DNA of 63,732 bases from an uncultured Treponema sp. (GCA_964563305.1 CAZLXK010000001.1:1-63732); one strand, 5' to 3'; numbered from the stretch's first letter, positions 1 to 10,971 are shown. Made by a program: numbers and translations. Notes: a model not told the origin generated them from the letters alone.

Positions 1-101
1 AGAGAATGGAGTGAAAACGGAAGTGCGAAAGGGCGGTTTTGTTTGAGATGGATTTTTAGTACAGAAAATACTCGCTGTGTTAAGAAAAATTCGCTCCAAA
101 A
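1..101 (+). repeat. Dispersed modular repeat, 3' part (cut by window edge)
   Basis: GGGCGGTTTTGTTT and TTCGCTCCAAA anchors shared with copies at 3.3, 12.2, 39.8 and 46.5 kb. Confidence 0.8.
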
Positions 102-254
102 AATAAAACAGAACTTTAATATTTGGGTTTTCTTAGAATTGTAATTTTTCCCCTTACTTAATGTTATATTTTAAAACAACAAAATGATTTTTGAAGAAAT
201 TAAATAAAACTTGCTTGAAAAATTGTGACTTTTTAATTTCTTATGTGAGGGAAT

Positions 255-695
255 ATGAAAGAAACTTTGTTATTTACTGCGGCAACTTTGGCACTTTTAG
301 GTTTTGCGTCTTGCGAAACTTCTAAAATCGAAAATAAAATTAAAAATCCTAGCGAACAAATCCAAAATGAAAAAAGTCAAAATAAAACTAAACAAAATAT
401 TGTAAAAATTGAACTTGAATCAAATCCTACAACTGGCGCTTCTTGGGTGAGCAAAATTGAAGATGAAAGTATTGTGATTTTTGATTCTGAATCTTATGTT
501 CAAGATGACGCTCCAGAAGGTTTTGTGGGCGTTGGCGGAATTCAAACTTTAGTTTTTAAATGCTTAAAACCTGGAAAAACTGAAATTTTGCTTGAATATG
601 GTCAGATGTGGGAAGGTGGAGAGAAATTTGAAACTAGAAAAATTCTTCTTACAGTTGACGAAAACTTAAACGGCAGTTTTGTTTTTGAAGATTAG
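255..695 (+). CDS. Lipoprotein, protease inhibitor I42 (chagasin) family
   Basis: Lipobox LGFASC; motifs LESNPTTG and VGVGG typical of I42. Confidence 0.85.
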   Translation: MKETLLFTAATLALLGFASCETSKIENKIKNPSEQIQNEKSQNKTKQNIVKIELESNPTTGASWVSKIEDESIVIFDSESYVQDDAPEGFVGVGGIQTLVFKCLKPGKTEILLEYGQMWEGGEKFETRKILLTVDENLNGSFVFED

Positions 696-809
696 GTTTT
701 GGAATTTTGAACTTGTGGTTGGTAAGGTTTTCGAATCATCGGAATCGGTTAATAACAAAGTTATCAAAAAAAATAGATGTCCGTGTTAAACATGAATATG
801 GCACAAATA

Positions 810-1724
810 TCAATCATCGTTTTTATTTTTTTGTTCAAGTTTTGGTAAAATTTTTGTGTTGTAAATAAAATTTAATAAAGCCATTGAAATTATAATTACG
901 TAACCGATTATGCTCCAAAAATCAGGAATCATTCCAAAAAATAAAAATCCTAAAAGTGTAGAAAATATAATTTGCGAATAATCATAAATTGAAATTTTAC
1001 TTGCACTTGCGTGATAATAAGCGGCAGTTATAGAAAATTGTCCGCCGGCTGCACTAATTCCAGCTAAAATCAAAAAAATCCATTGTGAAAAAGTCATTGG
1101 ATTGTAATTAAAAATCATATAAGGAACTGAAACTAACATTGAAAAAGTCGAAAAGAAAAGAACAACAATATTTCCTTTGCAAGAAAGCGTTCCCAGTTTT
1201 CTAACGCAAGCGTAAGCAAATCCTGCTCCAACTCCGCTTAAAAATCCGGCTAAAGTTGGAATCATCTGCGAAAAGTTAAAACTTGGTTTTATAACTAAAA
1301 GTGAACCTAAAAACGCAACAATTATTGCAACTAGCGGAACTGGTTTTATTTTTTCTTTCATTAAAAAGTAACTGAATAAAATTGAAAAAAACGGCGACAT
1401 TTTATTTAAAATTGCTGCATCAGATAAAACTAATTTGTCAACCGCGTAAAAATTTCCAAAAACTCCGACGGTTCCCATAATTGAACGCAAAATTAAAAAT
1501 AAAAGTGCACCTTTTGGAATTTGGATTGCTGATTTTCCGTTCTTTTTTATGTCGATTAAAATTCCGAACAAAGCAATTAAAAATGAAACAGCGTTTCTAA
1601 AAAATGCTTTTTGTATAAAAAAAATGTCTCCTGCAAGTCGCACAAAACTTGCCATAAGTGCAAAAAAGAATGCTGAAATTATAATTAAAATTATTCCTTT
1701 GCTTGTGTCAGATAAATTTTTCAT
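810..1724 (-). CDS. DMT/EamA family transporter
   Basis: 304 aa, ~10 hydrophobic segments, LMKEKI motif. Confidence 0.9.
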   Translation of the reverse strand: MKNLSDTSKGIILIIISAFFFALMASFVRLAGDIFFIQKAFFRNAVSFLIALFGILIDIKKNGKSAIQIPKGALLFLILRSIMGTVGVFGNFYAVDKLVLSDAAILNKMSPFFSILFSYFLMKEKIKPVPLVAIIVAFLGSLLVIKPSFNFSQMIPTLAGFLSGVGAGFAYACVRKLGTLSCKGNIVVLFFSTFSMLVSVPYMIFNYNPMTFSQWIFLILAGISAAGGQFSITAAYYHASASKISIYDYSQIIFSTLLGFLFFGMIPDFWSIIGYVIIISMALLNFIYNTKILPKLEQKNKNDD

Positions 1725-1919
1725 AAAATCAGTTTACGAAAATTCTTGATTTTTATAAAGATTTGTTTTCCCTTTGAGTTTGCGGATTTTCGCTGATTTT
1801 TAATCACGTTTTTACAAAAAAAGTTTTATATATTTTGTTATTTTTAACTTGGTTTTTTGTGCAAATAGGATTTATAATTTAAATATAACAAAATTTAAAA
1901 AAGATAAGGTTTTATTTTT

Positions 1920-2261
1920 ATGATAAAAAGTTTACTTTCTGCATTTGTTTTATTTCTGATTGGAAGTTTTATGATTGTTCTTGGAATAAGATCGATCTTA
2001 AAAAAAAGTCCTTATCATTTTTTTGAAGATGATGAAGTTTCAAATGAAATGCTAAACGATGTAAAAAAGTATAATGTTTCTAACGCAAAAATGTGGTGCT
2101 TTTCTTCAATTCCGTTTTTTATTTTAGGAATTCTCTCTCTTTTTTTTGATGAAATTTTAATTTTGTTTATTTCAGCGTTAATTGCGATTTTAGATGTAAT
2201 TTGTTTGATAATTATAAGTCACAAAATTTCTGAAAAATATTTTAAAAGTAAATGGTTGTGA
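1920..2261 (+). CDS. Small membrane protein, hypothetical
   Basis: 113 aa, three hydrophobic segments. Confidence 0.65.
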   Translation: MIKSLLSAFVLFLIGSFMIVLGIRSILKKSPYHFFEDDEVSNEMLNDVKKYNVSNAKMWCFSSIPFFILGILSLFFDEILILFISALIAILDVICLIIISHKISEKYFKSKWL

Positions 2262-2343
2262 AAGTTTGATTTTGGTGGCTTTGAGTGCTTCGACTTTGCT
2301 CAGCAACCAAACCTCAACTACCGCAGTTTTTTATTTAATTGTT

Positions 2344-3081
2344 TTAAAGTTTTAATCTTAAGGCAAATCCGTTGTCGTAATTTTGTGGATTTGTAATCGG
2401 AACAAATGAAAGTTCTACGTTTTGAAGTCCTAAAGATTCTTGAAGTTTTTTGTTGTAAGATTTGCTAATTGCAATTCCCGCTCCAACTCCAATCGCTCGG
2501 CTTACCGCCAAAGAAATCGTTCCTACAGCAATTATCATTGGATAAAAAACAATTCCTCCTATTATTTCACCGGCTGCGTCGTTACCAGAATTTACAGCTT
2601 TGTTTGATAAATTTAAAAATCCAATAAGGCCAGTCGAAATACAAGCAACAGAAAGTCCGTCTAAAATTAAAAAACTTGCGCCAGAAATCCAATTTTTTTC
2701 CAAAAATGAACCTAAACCAAAACCAACAAGTCCGTTTAAAAGTCCAAGTTTTAAGGAACTTTGATTATATTTTGCGTAAAGTGAATTTTTTTCTTCTTGC
2801 GACAAAAGTGAAGAGTAGGGCAAAACATTTTCTTTTTTTAAGAAAAATCCGCCTTTTTTTATTGCTTGTTCTGCATTTTCAAAAGTGATTGAATTTTCTG
2901 ATTTTGTTTCTTGAAGATTTTGATTTGTTTGATTGATTTGAGAATTGGTTTCGCTTTGCAAAGTTTGAGTTTCAAGATTTGAGTTTTCGTTTTCTTGTGT
3001 GATTTCTTGAGAAAACGCAAAGTTTGCTGAAGTAAAACACAAAGTAAAAACTAGAAATGACAAAAATAAATTTTTTTTCAT
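2344..3081 (-). CDS. Borrelia P13-like outer membrane protein
   Basis: Signal peptide from MKKNLF; LLNGLVGFGLGSF motif; C-terminal ALRLKL strand. Confidence 0.6.
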   Translation of the reverse strand: MKKNLFLSFLVFTLCFTSANFAFSQEITQENENSNLETQTLQSETNSQINQTNQNLQETKSENSITFENAEQAIKKGGFFLKKENVLPYSSLLSQEEKNSLYAKYNQSSLKLGLLNGLVGFGLGSFLEKNWISGASFLILDGLSVACISTGLIGFLNLSNKAVNSGNDAAGEIIGGIVFYPMIIAVGTISLAVSRAIGVGAGIAISKSYNKKLQESLGLQNVELSFVPITNPQNYDNGFALRLKL

Positions 3082-3234
3082 AAGTTTCTCCGATTTTTGT
3101 TCGTTTTGTAAAGATTGTTTGGTTGTGCTTAGCAATAACAGTTTTTTAAATTATTACATTATTTTTATAAAATTCAAGATTTGTTTTATTTTGTTAAGCG
3201 ACGATTTTTTTTTAGCATAGATTTTTTAAGTAAC

Positions 3235-3496
3235 TGTGGCGAGCGACAAAGTCGCTCGCCACACACAGAGGACTTAGCCCGCCGTGTAGTACCTTTAGTC
3301 TTGCACAAATATAAAGTCTTTTTATAAAGATTGTCGGATTAAGTCCGACAATGACAGATTTTTATAATTAAGCGTCTGTTTGTATTTTTTGTGCAAGATG
3401 AGCGAATAGCGAAGTACGGAAGGGCGGTTTTGTTTGGGGCGACTTCTTAGCATAGAAAAAATGTCCGCTGAGTAAAAAAAAATTCGCTCCAAAAAA
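3235..3496 (+). repeat. Dispersed modular repeat copy with GC hairpin and internal REP-like palindrome
   Basis: gtggcgagcgac/gtcgctcgccac hairpin, TAGCCCGCC at 3275, GGGCGG at 3422, GCTCC at 3486. Confidence 0.85.
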
Positions 3497-3506
3497 AATC
3501 AGAAAA

Positions 3507-4688
3507 TTATGAAGTCCACTTTGCAAACTCTTCGTCGGTGGCTTTTACAAAATGATTTCCGCTTACAAGCTGCATTTTTCCTTTTGAGTAGTCGATTCCG
3601 CTTGTAAAATAATTGTAAGTTTCGATTTGGCGATTTTTTTCTACGATTGGATTTGGGCGTGGAATGGCAGAAAGCAAACTTTTTGTGTAAGGATGAATTG
3701 GGCGGCTAAAAATTTCGTCTGTTGTGCCGGTTTCTAGCAAATGTCCTAAATGCAAAACGCCGATTCTGTCTGAAATATATTTTACCATACTTAAGTCGTG
3801 GGCAATGAACAAATACGCACAGCCAGTTTCTTCTTGAATGTCTTTCATCATATTTACAACTTGCGCTTGAATAGAAACGTCGAGCGCTGAAATACATTCG
3901 TCTGCAATTACAAGTTTTGGATTCATAATTAAAGCACGAGCAATACCAACTCTTTGCCGCTGACCGCCAGAAAATTGGTGTGGATAACGTTCTATGTGTT
4001 CTGGTGCAAGTCCAACTTTTTTTAAGATTCGCTGGATTTTTTCTTCGCGTTCTTGTCTGGTTTTGTAAAGATGATGAATGTCCAAACCTTCGCCAATAAT
4101 TTCGCCAACTTTTTTTCGCGGATTTAAGCAAGCCATTGGATCTTGAAAAATCATTTGCATATTTGTTCGCAAGAAGCGATTTGTGCTTTTTTTGAGTTTT
4201 CCTGAAATGTCGTAACCTTCAAAATTTATTTTTCCACGAGTTGGATTATATAATCTGATTACATCTCGTCCGATTGTTGATTTTCCTGAGCCACTTTCCC
4301 CAACAAGTCCGTAAGTTTCGCCTGCGTAAATTTCAAAAGAAACATCATCAACAGCTTTAACTGTGTAATTTGAAGAAACTTTAAAATATTGACACAAGTT
4401 TTCAACTTTTAAGAGCGGAGTTTTCGCTGAGTTTGAATTTGTCGCGGAAGTTTCGCTTGTATCAACGAAAGTTTTAGTTTTAGTAGCGAAAGTTTCAGTT
4501 GCGTTTGAGAAACTGTCGCTTGTGCTAGAAAAACTGGCACTTGTTCCAGCGGAATTCTCTGAAGTAACAGCGAAAGTTTCGCTTGAATTAGCGGAGAATT
4601 TTTCTTTATCAGCGTGAGTTGTGGTTTCGACAGGCTCAACCACCGTGACGGTTTGCTCAGCGGAATTTTTTTCGTTTTTAGTTTTCAT
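3507..4688 (-). CDS. oppF: Oligopeptide ABC transporter ATPase with S/T-rich N-terminal extension
   Basis: [20 protein letters not shown]; position in operon. Confidence 0.92.
   Translation of the reverse strand: MKTKNEKNSAEQTVTVVEPVETTTHADKEKFSANSSETFAVTSENSAGTSASFSSTSDSFSNATETFATKTKTFVDTSETSATNSNSAKTPLLKVENLCQYFKVSSNYTVKAVDDVSFEIYAGETYGLVGESGSGKSTIGRDVIRLYNPTRGKINFEGYDISGKLKKSTNRFLRTNMQMIFQDPMACLNPRKKVGEIIGEGLDIHHLYKTRQEREEKIQRILKKVGLAPEHIERYPHQFSGGQRQRVGIARALIMNPKLVIADECISALDVSIQAQVVNMMKDIQEETGCAYLFIAHDLSMVKYISDRIGVLHLGHLLETGTTDEIFSRPIHPYTKSLLSAIPRPNPIVEKNRQIETYNYFTSGIDYSKGKMQLVSGNHFVKATDEEFAKWTS
4444..4590. repeat. Seven degenerate 21-bp tandem units inside oppF
   Basis: Units start at 4444, 4465, 4486, 4507, 4528, 4549, 4570, e.g. 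gcggaagtttcgcttgtatca and gcgaaagtttcgcttgaatta. Confidence 0.8.
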
Positions 4689-6060
4689 ATTTTTTTGCTT
4701 CCTCCTTCATTCTGTTGATTCGCTCTTTAAGTTCTTGCGGAAGTTCAACTTTTGGTGCGTCTGGATGCAAAAGCCAAGTGGCCGCTTTGTGAGTTTGCGT
4801 GATTTTGAACATTGGCGGTTCTAAGCGTGAATCAATATTTAAGGCATAAGCGTTTCTTGCTTCAAAAGGATCGCCTTGAATTTTATGCAAAAGATTTGGC
4901 GGACTTCCCGGAATTGTGTAAAGCCGCTCGCCTTTAGTTTCTAAATCCGGCATTGCTGATAAAAGTCCCCAAGTGTAAGGATGGCGTGGATCGTAGAAAA
5001 TTTCATCAGCGAGACCTTCTTCTACAATTCTTCCTGCGTACATTACATTTATTCTGTCAGCAACTTTTGCAACAACTCCCATATTGTGCGTTATAAAAAT
5101 TACAGATAAATTTCGCTTTTTTTGAATTTTTTTGATTAAATCGAGAATTTTTGCTTGAATTGTAACGTCAAGGGCGGTTGTTGGTTCATCACAAATTAAA
5201 AGTTCTGGATCATTTGCAAGTGCAATGGCAATTACGATTCGCTGTCTCATTCCTCCAGAAAGTTGGTGCGGATAATTTTTAAGCCGAGCCTTTGCGTCAG
5301 TAATTCCAACTTCTTCCAAAAGTCTTAATGCTTTTTTGTACGCTTGAGCTTTTGGCGTTTTATAATGCAAAATCATTCCTTCAACAATTTGCTTTCCGAT
5401 GTTCATTGTTGGATCAAGCGAAGTCATTGGATCTTGAAAAACCATAGCGATATTTTTTCCGTTTACATTTTTGCGGATGTCGCGAGTTTTCATTGAAAGA
5501 ATGTCATATTTTGTGTGAGTAATATTGTCTGGCTCAAGGCAATCGTAAATAATTGAACCAGAGTTTACAATCGAATTTTTTGCCAAAATTCCCATAACAG
5601 CTTTTGTTGTAACCGATTTTCCTGATCCACTTTCGCCCACGATTGCTAAAGTTTCGCCACGTTTTACATCAAAATTTACGTTGCGGATTGCGTTTACAAT
5701 TCCTGCGGTTGTCTTAAACGAAATTGACAAATTTTTTACAGTTAAGATTTTGTCTTCGGCTTTGTTTTGTTCGCTGATTGATTTTTCTTCTGCGGAACTT
5801 TCACTTGCGCCAGCGACTTTGGCGGTTTCCTTAGCGGAGTTTGCACTTGTGCTAGCGGAGTTGTCGCTTAGTTTAGCGGATATTTTTTTATTGACAGACC
5901 CTGAAACAAGTTCAGGGTGACGGTTGGCGAACTCAGTGGAGTTGGTTGTTGAGCCAGCGGAAGTTTTTTCTTCATTAATAATATTGTTCTCATTAAGCGT
6001 TGCCGACTTAAGCGTCGCGTTATTTTGTTCAAGGTTTATTTTTTCATTTGTAGAATCCAT
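4678..6060 (-). CDS. oppD: Oligopeptide ABC transporter ATPase with N-terminal extension
   Basis: [24 protein letters not shown]. Confidence 0.92.
   Translation of the reverse strand: MDSTNEKINLEQNNATLKSATLNENNIINEEKTSAGSTTNSTEFANRHPELVSGSVNKKISAKLSDNSASTSANSAKETAKVAGASESSAEEKSISEQNKAEDKILTVKNLSISFKTTAGIVNAIRNVNFDVKRGETLAIVGESGSGKSVTTKAVMGILAKNSIVNSGSIIYDCLEPDNITHTKYDILSMKTRDIRKNVNGKNIAMVFQDPMTSLDPTMNIGKQIVEGMILHYKTPKAQAYKKALRLLEEVGITDAKARLKNYPHQLSGGMRQRIVIAIALANDPELLICDEPTTALDVTIQAKILDLIKKIQKKRNLSVIFITHNMGVVAKVADRINVMYAGRIVEEGLADEIFYDPRHPYTWGLLSAMPDLETKGERLYTIPGSPPNLLHKIQGDPFEARNAYALNIDSRLEPPMFKITQTHKAATWLLHPDAPKVELPQELKERINRMKEEAKKYEN
5792..5875. repeat. Four degenerate 21-bp tandem units inside oppD
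   Basis: gcg-initiated units at 5792, 5813, 5834, 5855. Confidence 0.75.
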
Positions 6061-6063
6061 AAA

Positions 6064-7191
6064 TCAGCCTTCCTTAAATTTAGGATCGAGAGCTTCGCGA
6101 AGTCCGTCAGCTAAAATATTAAAACTTAACATCAGAATTGCGAGAACTAAAATCGGCGGAATAATTTGATAAGGATGAGTTGTAAAACTATTAAATGCAT
6201 CGCTGATTAAAGATCCAAGTGAACATTGCGGAACTGGAATTCCTAATCCAACAAAACTTAAAAATGCTTCAGTAAAAATTGCCGTTGGAATAGAAAACAT
6301 TGTTTGCGTAATAACTTGTCCATTTATGTTAGGCAAAATTTCTCTCATTATAATTGAAATATTTTTTGCACCGAGCGTTTTTGAAGCCAAAACAAATTCT
6401 CGCTCTTTTAAGTTTAACATTTCGGCTCTTGCAATTCGCGACATTCCAATCCATTCTTGAATCATTAAGGCAAAAATGATTGTTCCGATTCCAGGTTTTA
6501 GAATCAGCATTAAAAGCGTTACAATTACAAGGCGAGGAATTCCGTTTATAATTTCGGTGAACCTTTGCAAAACAGAATCAACAACTCCGCCAAAATATCC
6601 AGAAACTAAACCAAACGTCAATCCAATAATCATATCAATCAAAACGGCAACAATAGAAATGTAAAGTGAAACTCGCGTTCCCATCCAAGTTCTTGTCCAA
6701 ATGTCTCGACCTAAAACGTCAGAACCAAACCAATAGTAAACGTTTGAATCTCCATTTTGCTCGTAAAGATTTACTTTTCTGTAGCCAGAAGTTGTTTTAA
6801 TTCGCTCATCGCCGTCGAAAATTTTAAGTTTTTCTAAGCCAGGAATTCGCGGAGCATAATTTCTTTGTTCAAGATTTTGTTCTGAATATGAATATTTGTT
6901 AAAATGCGGACCAGCAAAAGCTAAAATTACAATTATTATGATTGCGATTGAAGCAATAACTGCACTTTTGTTTGAAAAAAATCTGATTCGAACTTCTTTC
7001 CAATAAGAAACGCTTGCAAAATTTTGATCGATTTGTGTTTGTGATTTGTCGCTTTTAAGTTCAAAATCGTTTGGCAAAAATTTTATATTTTTTAAGTCTT
7101 CAAGATTTTCTATTTGATTTGGAAGAACTTCAGCGGAGTTTTCGAGTGCTTTAGCTGCCACTTGTTTTTTTTGAGATTTATTTTTATTCAT
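6064..7191 (-). CDS. oppC: Oligopeptide ABC permease
   Basis: FGSDVLGRD; EAA-like loop EREFVLASKTLGA. Confidence 0.92.
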   Translation of the reverse strand: MNKNKSQKKQVAAKALENSAEVLPNQIENLEDLKNIKFLPNDFELKSDKSQTQIDQNFASVSYWKEVRIRFFSNKSAVIASIAIIIIVILAFAGPHFNKYSYSEQNLEQRNYAPRIPGLEKLKIFDGDERIKTTSGYRKVNLYEQNGDSNVYYWFGSDVLGRDIWTRTWMGTRVSLYISIVAVLIDMIIGLTFGLVSGYFGGVVDSVLQRFTEIINGIPRLVIVTLLMLILKPGIGTIIFALMIQEWIGMSRIARAEMLNLKEREFVLASKTLGAKNISIIMREILPNINGQVITQTMFSIPTAIFTEAFLSFVGLGIPVPQCSLGSLISDAFNSFTTHPYQIIPPILVLAILMLSFNILADGLREALDPKFKEG

Positions 7192-8134
7192 TTACTTCTC
7201 CAGAAATTCTGATTCTTGGATCAATTATTCCGTAAAGAATATCAACTACGAGCATAATTCCAATGTAAAGTGCACTGTAAATAAAACTTAATGCAATTAC
7301 AACGTTATAATCATTTGATTGAATTGCAGTAACTAAAAGTGAGCCAACGCCAGGAATTGCAAAAATTTTTTCTACAACAAGCGAGCCTGTCATTAAATCA
7401 ACAATTAGCGGCGCCAAAACTGTAATTATTGGAATTAAAGTGTTTCTAAGTGCGTGTTTTCTAATTAAAGCCCAACCGTAAAGTCCTTTGCTTTCGGCAA
7501 GTTGCATATATTCTGAACCTAAAGCTTCGAGCATTTCAGTTCGCGTAAATCTTGCGATTGAAGCCATTGTGAACATACTTAAAGAAATGCTCGGTAAAAT
7601 AGAAGAATAAATTGGTGATTTTGTAGTAAAAAGCATCGGAAAAAGTTTCCATTTAAATCCAAATTGATAACTTAATGCTAAGGCAAAAACGTAACTTGGA
7701 ACAGAAACGCCAATTACTGAAATTATGGTTGCGATTGTGTCCCAAGCAGTTCTGTGTTTTAAAGCTGCAAGAATTCCAAGCAACATTCCAACTATTGCTC
7801 CAAGAAAAACCGCTTGAATTCCGATTCTGCAAGAAATTGGAAGACGCTGAGCAATTAAAACTGAAATTGGAGTGTTTTTTGAAATTTTGTAACTTACGCC
7901 AAAATCTCCGTGAAACATATTTGTTACATATTTAAAGAATTGAACAATTACTGGTTTGTCCAATCCGTATTTTGCATATAAAGCTACTTTTTGATCTGCG
8001 GATAATTTTTCGTCGTTAAAAGGTGAACCTGGCATAAATTGAAGAAGAATAAACAAAATTAATGTAATTGCCAGAAGAGTAAAAATAGAAATTAAAATTC
8101 GTTTTAAGATATATTTTTTCAAAATATTTACCAA
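7184..8134 (-). CDS. oppB: Oligopeptide ABC permease
   Basis: MPGSPF, GDFGVSY, KHALRN. Confidence 0.92.
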   Translation of the reverse strand: MVNILKKYILKRILISIFTLLAITLILFILLQFMPGSPFNDEKLSADQKVALYAKYGLDKPVIVQFFKYVTNMFHGDFGVSYKISKNTPISVLIAQRLPISCRIGIQAVFLGAIVGMLLGILAALKHRTAWDTIATIISVIGVSVPSYVFALALSYQFGFKWKLFPMLFTTKSPIYSSILPSISLSMFTMASIARFTRTEMLEALGSEYMQLAESKGLYGWALIRKHALRNTLIPIITVLAPLIVDLMTGSLVVEKIFAIPGVGSLLVTAIQSNDYNVVIALSFIYSALYIGIMLVVDILYGIIDPRIRISGEVNE

Positions 8135-8319
8135 AAATATTGTGGACTAAAAAAGTGCTATTTTGTGTCATTGTCGGACTTGAACTGACAACTTAAATTT
8201 ATTAAGACAAATAGATTTTCGTGTTAAACACGACGATGAAAGTTTTTTAATAAACTCGTTTATATACGGCAATTTCGAAAATCTCAATCACCGTATACTT
8301 TTTCAGCCCAAATTAAATT

Positions 8320-9957
8320 TTATTTTGATGCATTTTTATAAACGCGATTTAGTGCAACTGGATGGAAATCAATTCCAGAAACATTTGATTTTATCATATA
8401 AGCTTCTGCTTGCTGATAAAGTGGGAAAATAACTGCGTTTTCAAGTACAATTTTTTCCGCTTCTTTCATTGTTGCCCAGCGTTCTGCAGGTTTTTGTGCA
8501 TATTCGCCAGTAACGCAAGAAGCAATTAAAGCGTCATAAGTTGCATTTGACCACAAACCATAGTTGTTTGAATTGTTAGTAATCCACATTCCAAGATAAG
8601 TCATAGGATCTGCATAATCTGGTCCCCAGCGAGTAAGAGCAATTTCAAAATTTCCGTCTTGCATATCTTGAACGCGCTGCTTTTTTGGTTCAACACGCAA
8701 ATTAAGTGTAAATCCAGGAAGTGTTTTTTCGATTTGTTCTTTTATAACTGCCGCAACATTTTGCTGAATTGTTGGATCATCTAAAATCATTTCGAATTCA
8801 AAAGAATCTTTGCCTAATTCTCGTTTTGCTTGATTGTAGAACTCAAGAGCTTTTACTGAATCAGAATCACAAAGTTCAGGAAATTCTTTTTGACTTGTAA
8901 TAAAATCTTCGCCATCTTGATTGTAAGCAAATTCTGCTGGAACTGGAGTGTAAGAAGCCATAGAACCATCTTTTAAAACATTTTTTACAATTGATTCTCT
9001 GTCGATTGCAAAAGAAATTGCTTTGCGGAAATTAAGATTTTGTAATTCTGGAACATTTTGCATCATCGGAGAAATGTACCAAAGATAACCAGCGCCAATC
9101 GTTCTAAATTCAGCATCGTCTTGAACTTGCTCAACTTGATCGCCAGAAAGTTTTATAACATCAAGCGTTCCATTTTGATAAGCCATAAGTGCTTGCTGAG
9201 AATCTTTTAAAACTTGATAATTCAAACCTTCAAGTTTTACATTTGCTGCGTTGTAATAATTTTCATTTTTCTTAAAAGTAAAACTTACTGCAGCCGGCTG
9301 ATAATCTGTAAGAATGAATGCTCCGTTAGACAAAACTGTGTCGGCACTTGTTGCAAATCGCTCGCCTACAGATTCATAAAATTTTCGGTTTACTGGATAA
9401 AATGTTGGAAAGTAAAGAATTGAATCAAAATATGAAACTGGAACAATAAGTTCAACTTGTAAAGTTTTGTCGTCTAAAGCTTTAACGCCAAGTTCTTCAA
9501 CTGGAAGTTTTCCTGCAATTACGTCAAAAGAATTTTTGATTTGACCAATGTCAGAAAGCATATAAGAATATTCTGAAGCAACTTTTGGATCAGCGGCTCT
9601 TTGCCAACCAAACACAAAATCGTCTGCAGTTACAGGATCGCCATTTGACCAAAACGCATCGTCGCGGATTTTAAAAGTGTAAGTTAAACCATCTTCTGAA
9701 ACAGTTTCGCTTTCGCAAAGTGCGTTGATTGTAGAACCGTCGCTTGCCATTTGTTTTAAGCCGTCAGTAAAGTTTGCAATAACTTCAAATGAAGTTCCGT
9801 CTGTTGCTTCTTGTGGATCAAGGGATTCAACTTCAACTTCTGTCATAACATTTAAAACTTTGTCAGAAGAAGTTTTTTCTTTTGAACAAGAAGCAAAACT
9901 AAAAATAAAAGCTGCTCCAAGTAAAAATGGAAGTGCTTTTTTACTTAAGGATTTCAT
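8320..9957 (-). CDS. oppA: Oligopeptide-binding lipoprotein
   Basis: Lipobox SFASC; SLDP and WSNGDPVTADDF SBP family 5 motifs; GGAGG RBS before ATG at 9957. Confidence 0.93.
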   Translation of the reverse strand: MKSLSKKALPFLLGAAFIFSFASCSKEKTSSDKVLNVMTEVEVESLDPQEATDGTSFEVIANFTDGLKQMASDGSTINALCESETVSEDGLTYTFKIRDDAFWSNGDPVTADDFVFGWQRAADPKVASEYSYMLSDIGQIKNSFDVIAGKLPVEELGVKALDDKTLQVELIVPVSYFDSILYFPTFYPVNRKFYESVGERFATSADTVLSNGAFILTDYQPAAVSFTFKKNENYYNAANVKLEGLNYQVLKDSQQALMAYQNGTLDVIKLSGDQVEQVQDDAEFRTIGAGYLWYISPMMQNVPELQNLNFRKAISFAIDRESIVKNVLKDGSMASYTPVPAEFAYNQDGEDFITSQKEFPELCDSDSVKALEFYNQAKRELGKDSFEFEMILDDPTIQQNVAAVIKEQIEKTLPGFTLNLRVEPKKQRVQDMQDGNFEIALTRWGPDYADPMTYLGMWITNNSNNYGLWSNATYDALIASCVTGEYAQKPAERWATMKEAEKIVLENAVIFPLYQQAEAYMIKSNVSGIDFHPVALNRVYKNASK

Positions 9958-10207
9958 AAATTCCTCCAAACTTTTTTATGAGGCAAATTCTTTTTGATTT
10001 TGATTTTAAATTTCTGAAATTGTCTCAAGAGTAAAAAAATTATTTTTAAAGCGTTTTTATAGGATAAAAAAAATAAAGTCTTTATTCAAGAAATTTATAA
10101 AATAATGGATATTTTTTACAATTTTGAAAGAAAAGCTTATAAAGTGCCACTTCTCGCAATAAATCAAAAATCTGTGCAATCTTAAAAAAAACTGATATTC
10201 TTAAAAT

Positions 10208-10894
10208 ATGTTTAATATTTTGGTTGTTGATGATGATAAAAATATTAGAAAACTTATAAAAACTGTTCTTGAAAACGAAAAATATAATGTGTCAACTGCA
10301 GAAAATGGTCTTGAAGCGTTAAACTTGCTAGGAAAAACTCACATTGATTTAGTTGTGCTTGACATTATGATGCCAGAAATGGACGGTTACGAATTTACAG
10401 AAAATATCCGCAAGTTAAACAATCAAATTCCAATTTTAATGGTAAGTGCAAAACAACTTCCCGTAGACAAATACAAAGGTTTTAAGGTGGGAACTGACGA
10501 TTATATTACCAAGCCGATTGATGAAGAAGAAATGTTGCTTAGAATAAAAGCACTTTTGCGCCGTGCAAAAATTGAAAGTGAGCGAAAAATAATTTTAGGC
10601 GATGTTGTTCTTGATTATGATTCGCTTTCAGTTTCTAAAAATGGAAAAATGCAAGAACTTCCGCAAAAAGAATTTTTGTTACTTTACAAATTGCTTTCTT
10701 TTCCAGGAAAAATTTTTACGCGGATTCAACTTATGGAAGAAATTTGGGGAAGTGAATCAGAAACTGGCTGGGAAACTTTAACTGTTCACATTAACAGATT
10801 GCGAAAACGTTTTGAAGATTATGATGAATTTGAAATTCAAAGCGTTCGCGGTTTAGGTTACCGAGCAATTAAAAAAGTTGAAGATTCAGAATGA
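10208..10894 (+). CDS. OmpR-family response regulator (HssR-like)
   Basis: VVDDD, LDIMMP, KP, VRGLGY. Confidence 0.93.
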   Translation: MFNILVVDDDKNIRKLIKTVLENEKYNVSTAENGLEALNLLGKTHIDLVVLDIMMPEMDGYEFTENIRKLNNQIPILMVSAKQLPVDKYKGFKVGTDDYITKPIDEEEMLLRIKALLRRAKIESERKIILGDVVLDYDSLSVSKNGKMQELPQKEFLLLYKLLSFPGKIFTRIQLMEEIWGSESETGWETLTVHINRLRKRFEDYDEFEIQSVRGLGYRAIKKVEDSE

Positions 10895-10922
10895 TATTGA
10901 CCTCTTTTGCGTAAGAAATTGC

Positions 10923-10971
10923 GGTGCTTGTGCTTCGACTTCACTCAGCAACCGCAAGGTCGAAATCACAA
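10923..10971 (+). repeat. REP-like palindromic element between regulator and kinase
   Basis: Near-identical inverted copy at ~60965-61013; related copies at 2285, 49506, 52371. Confidence 0.8.
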
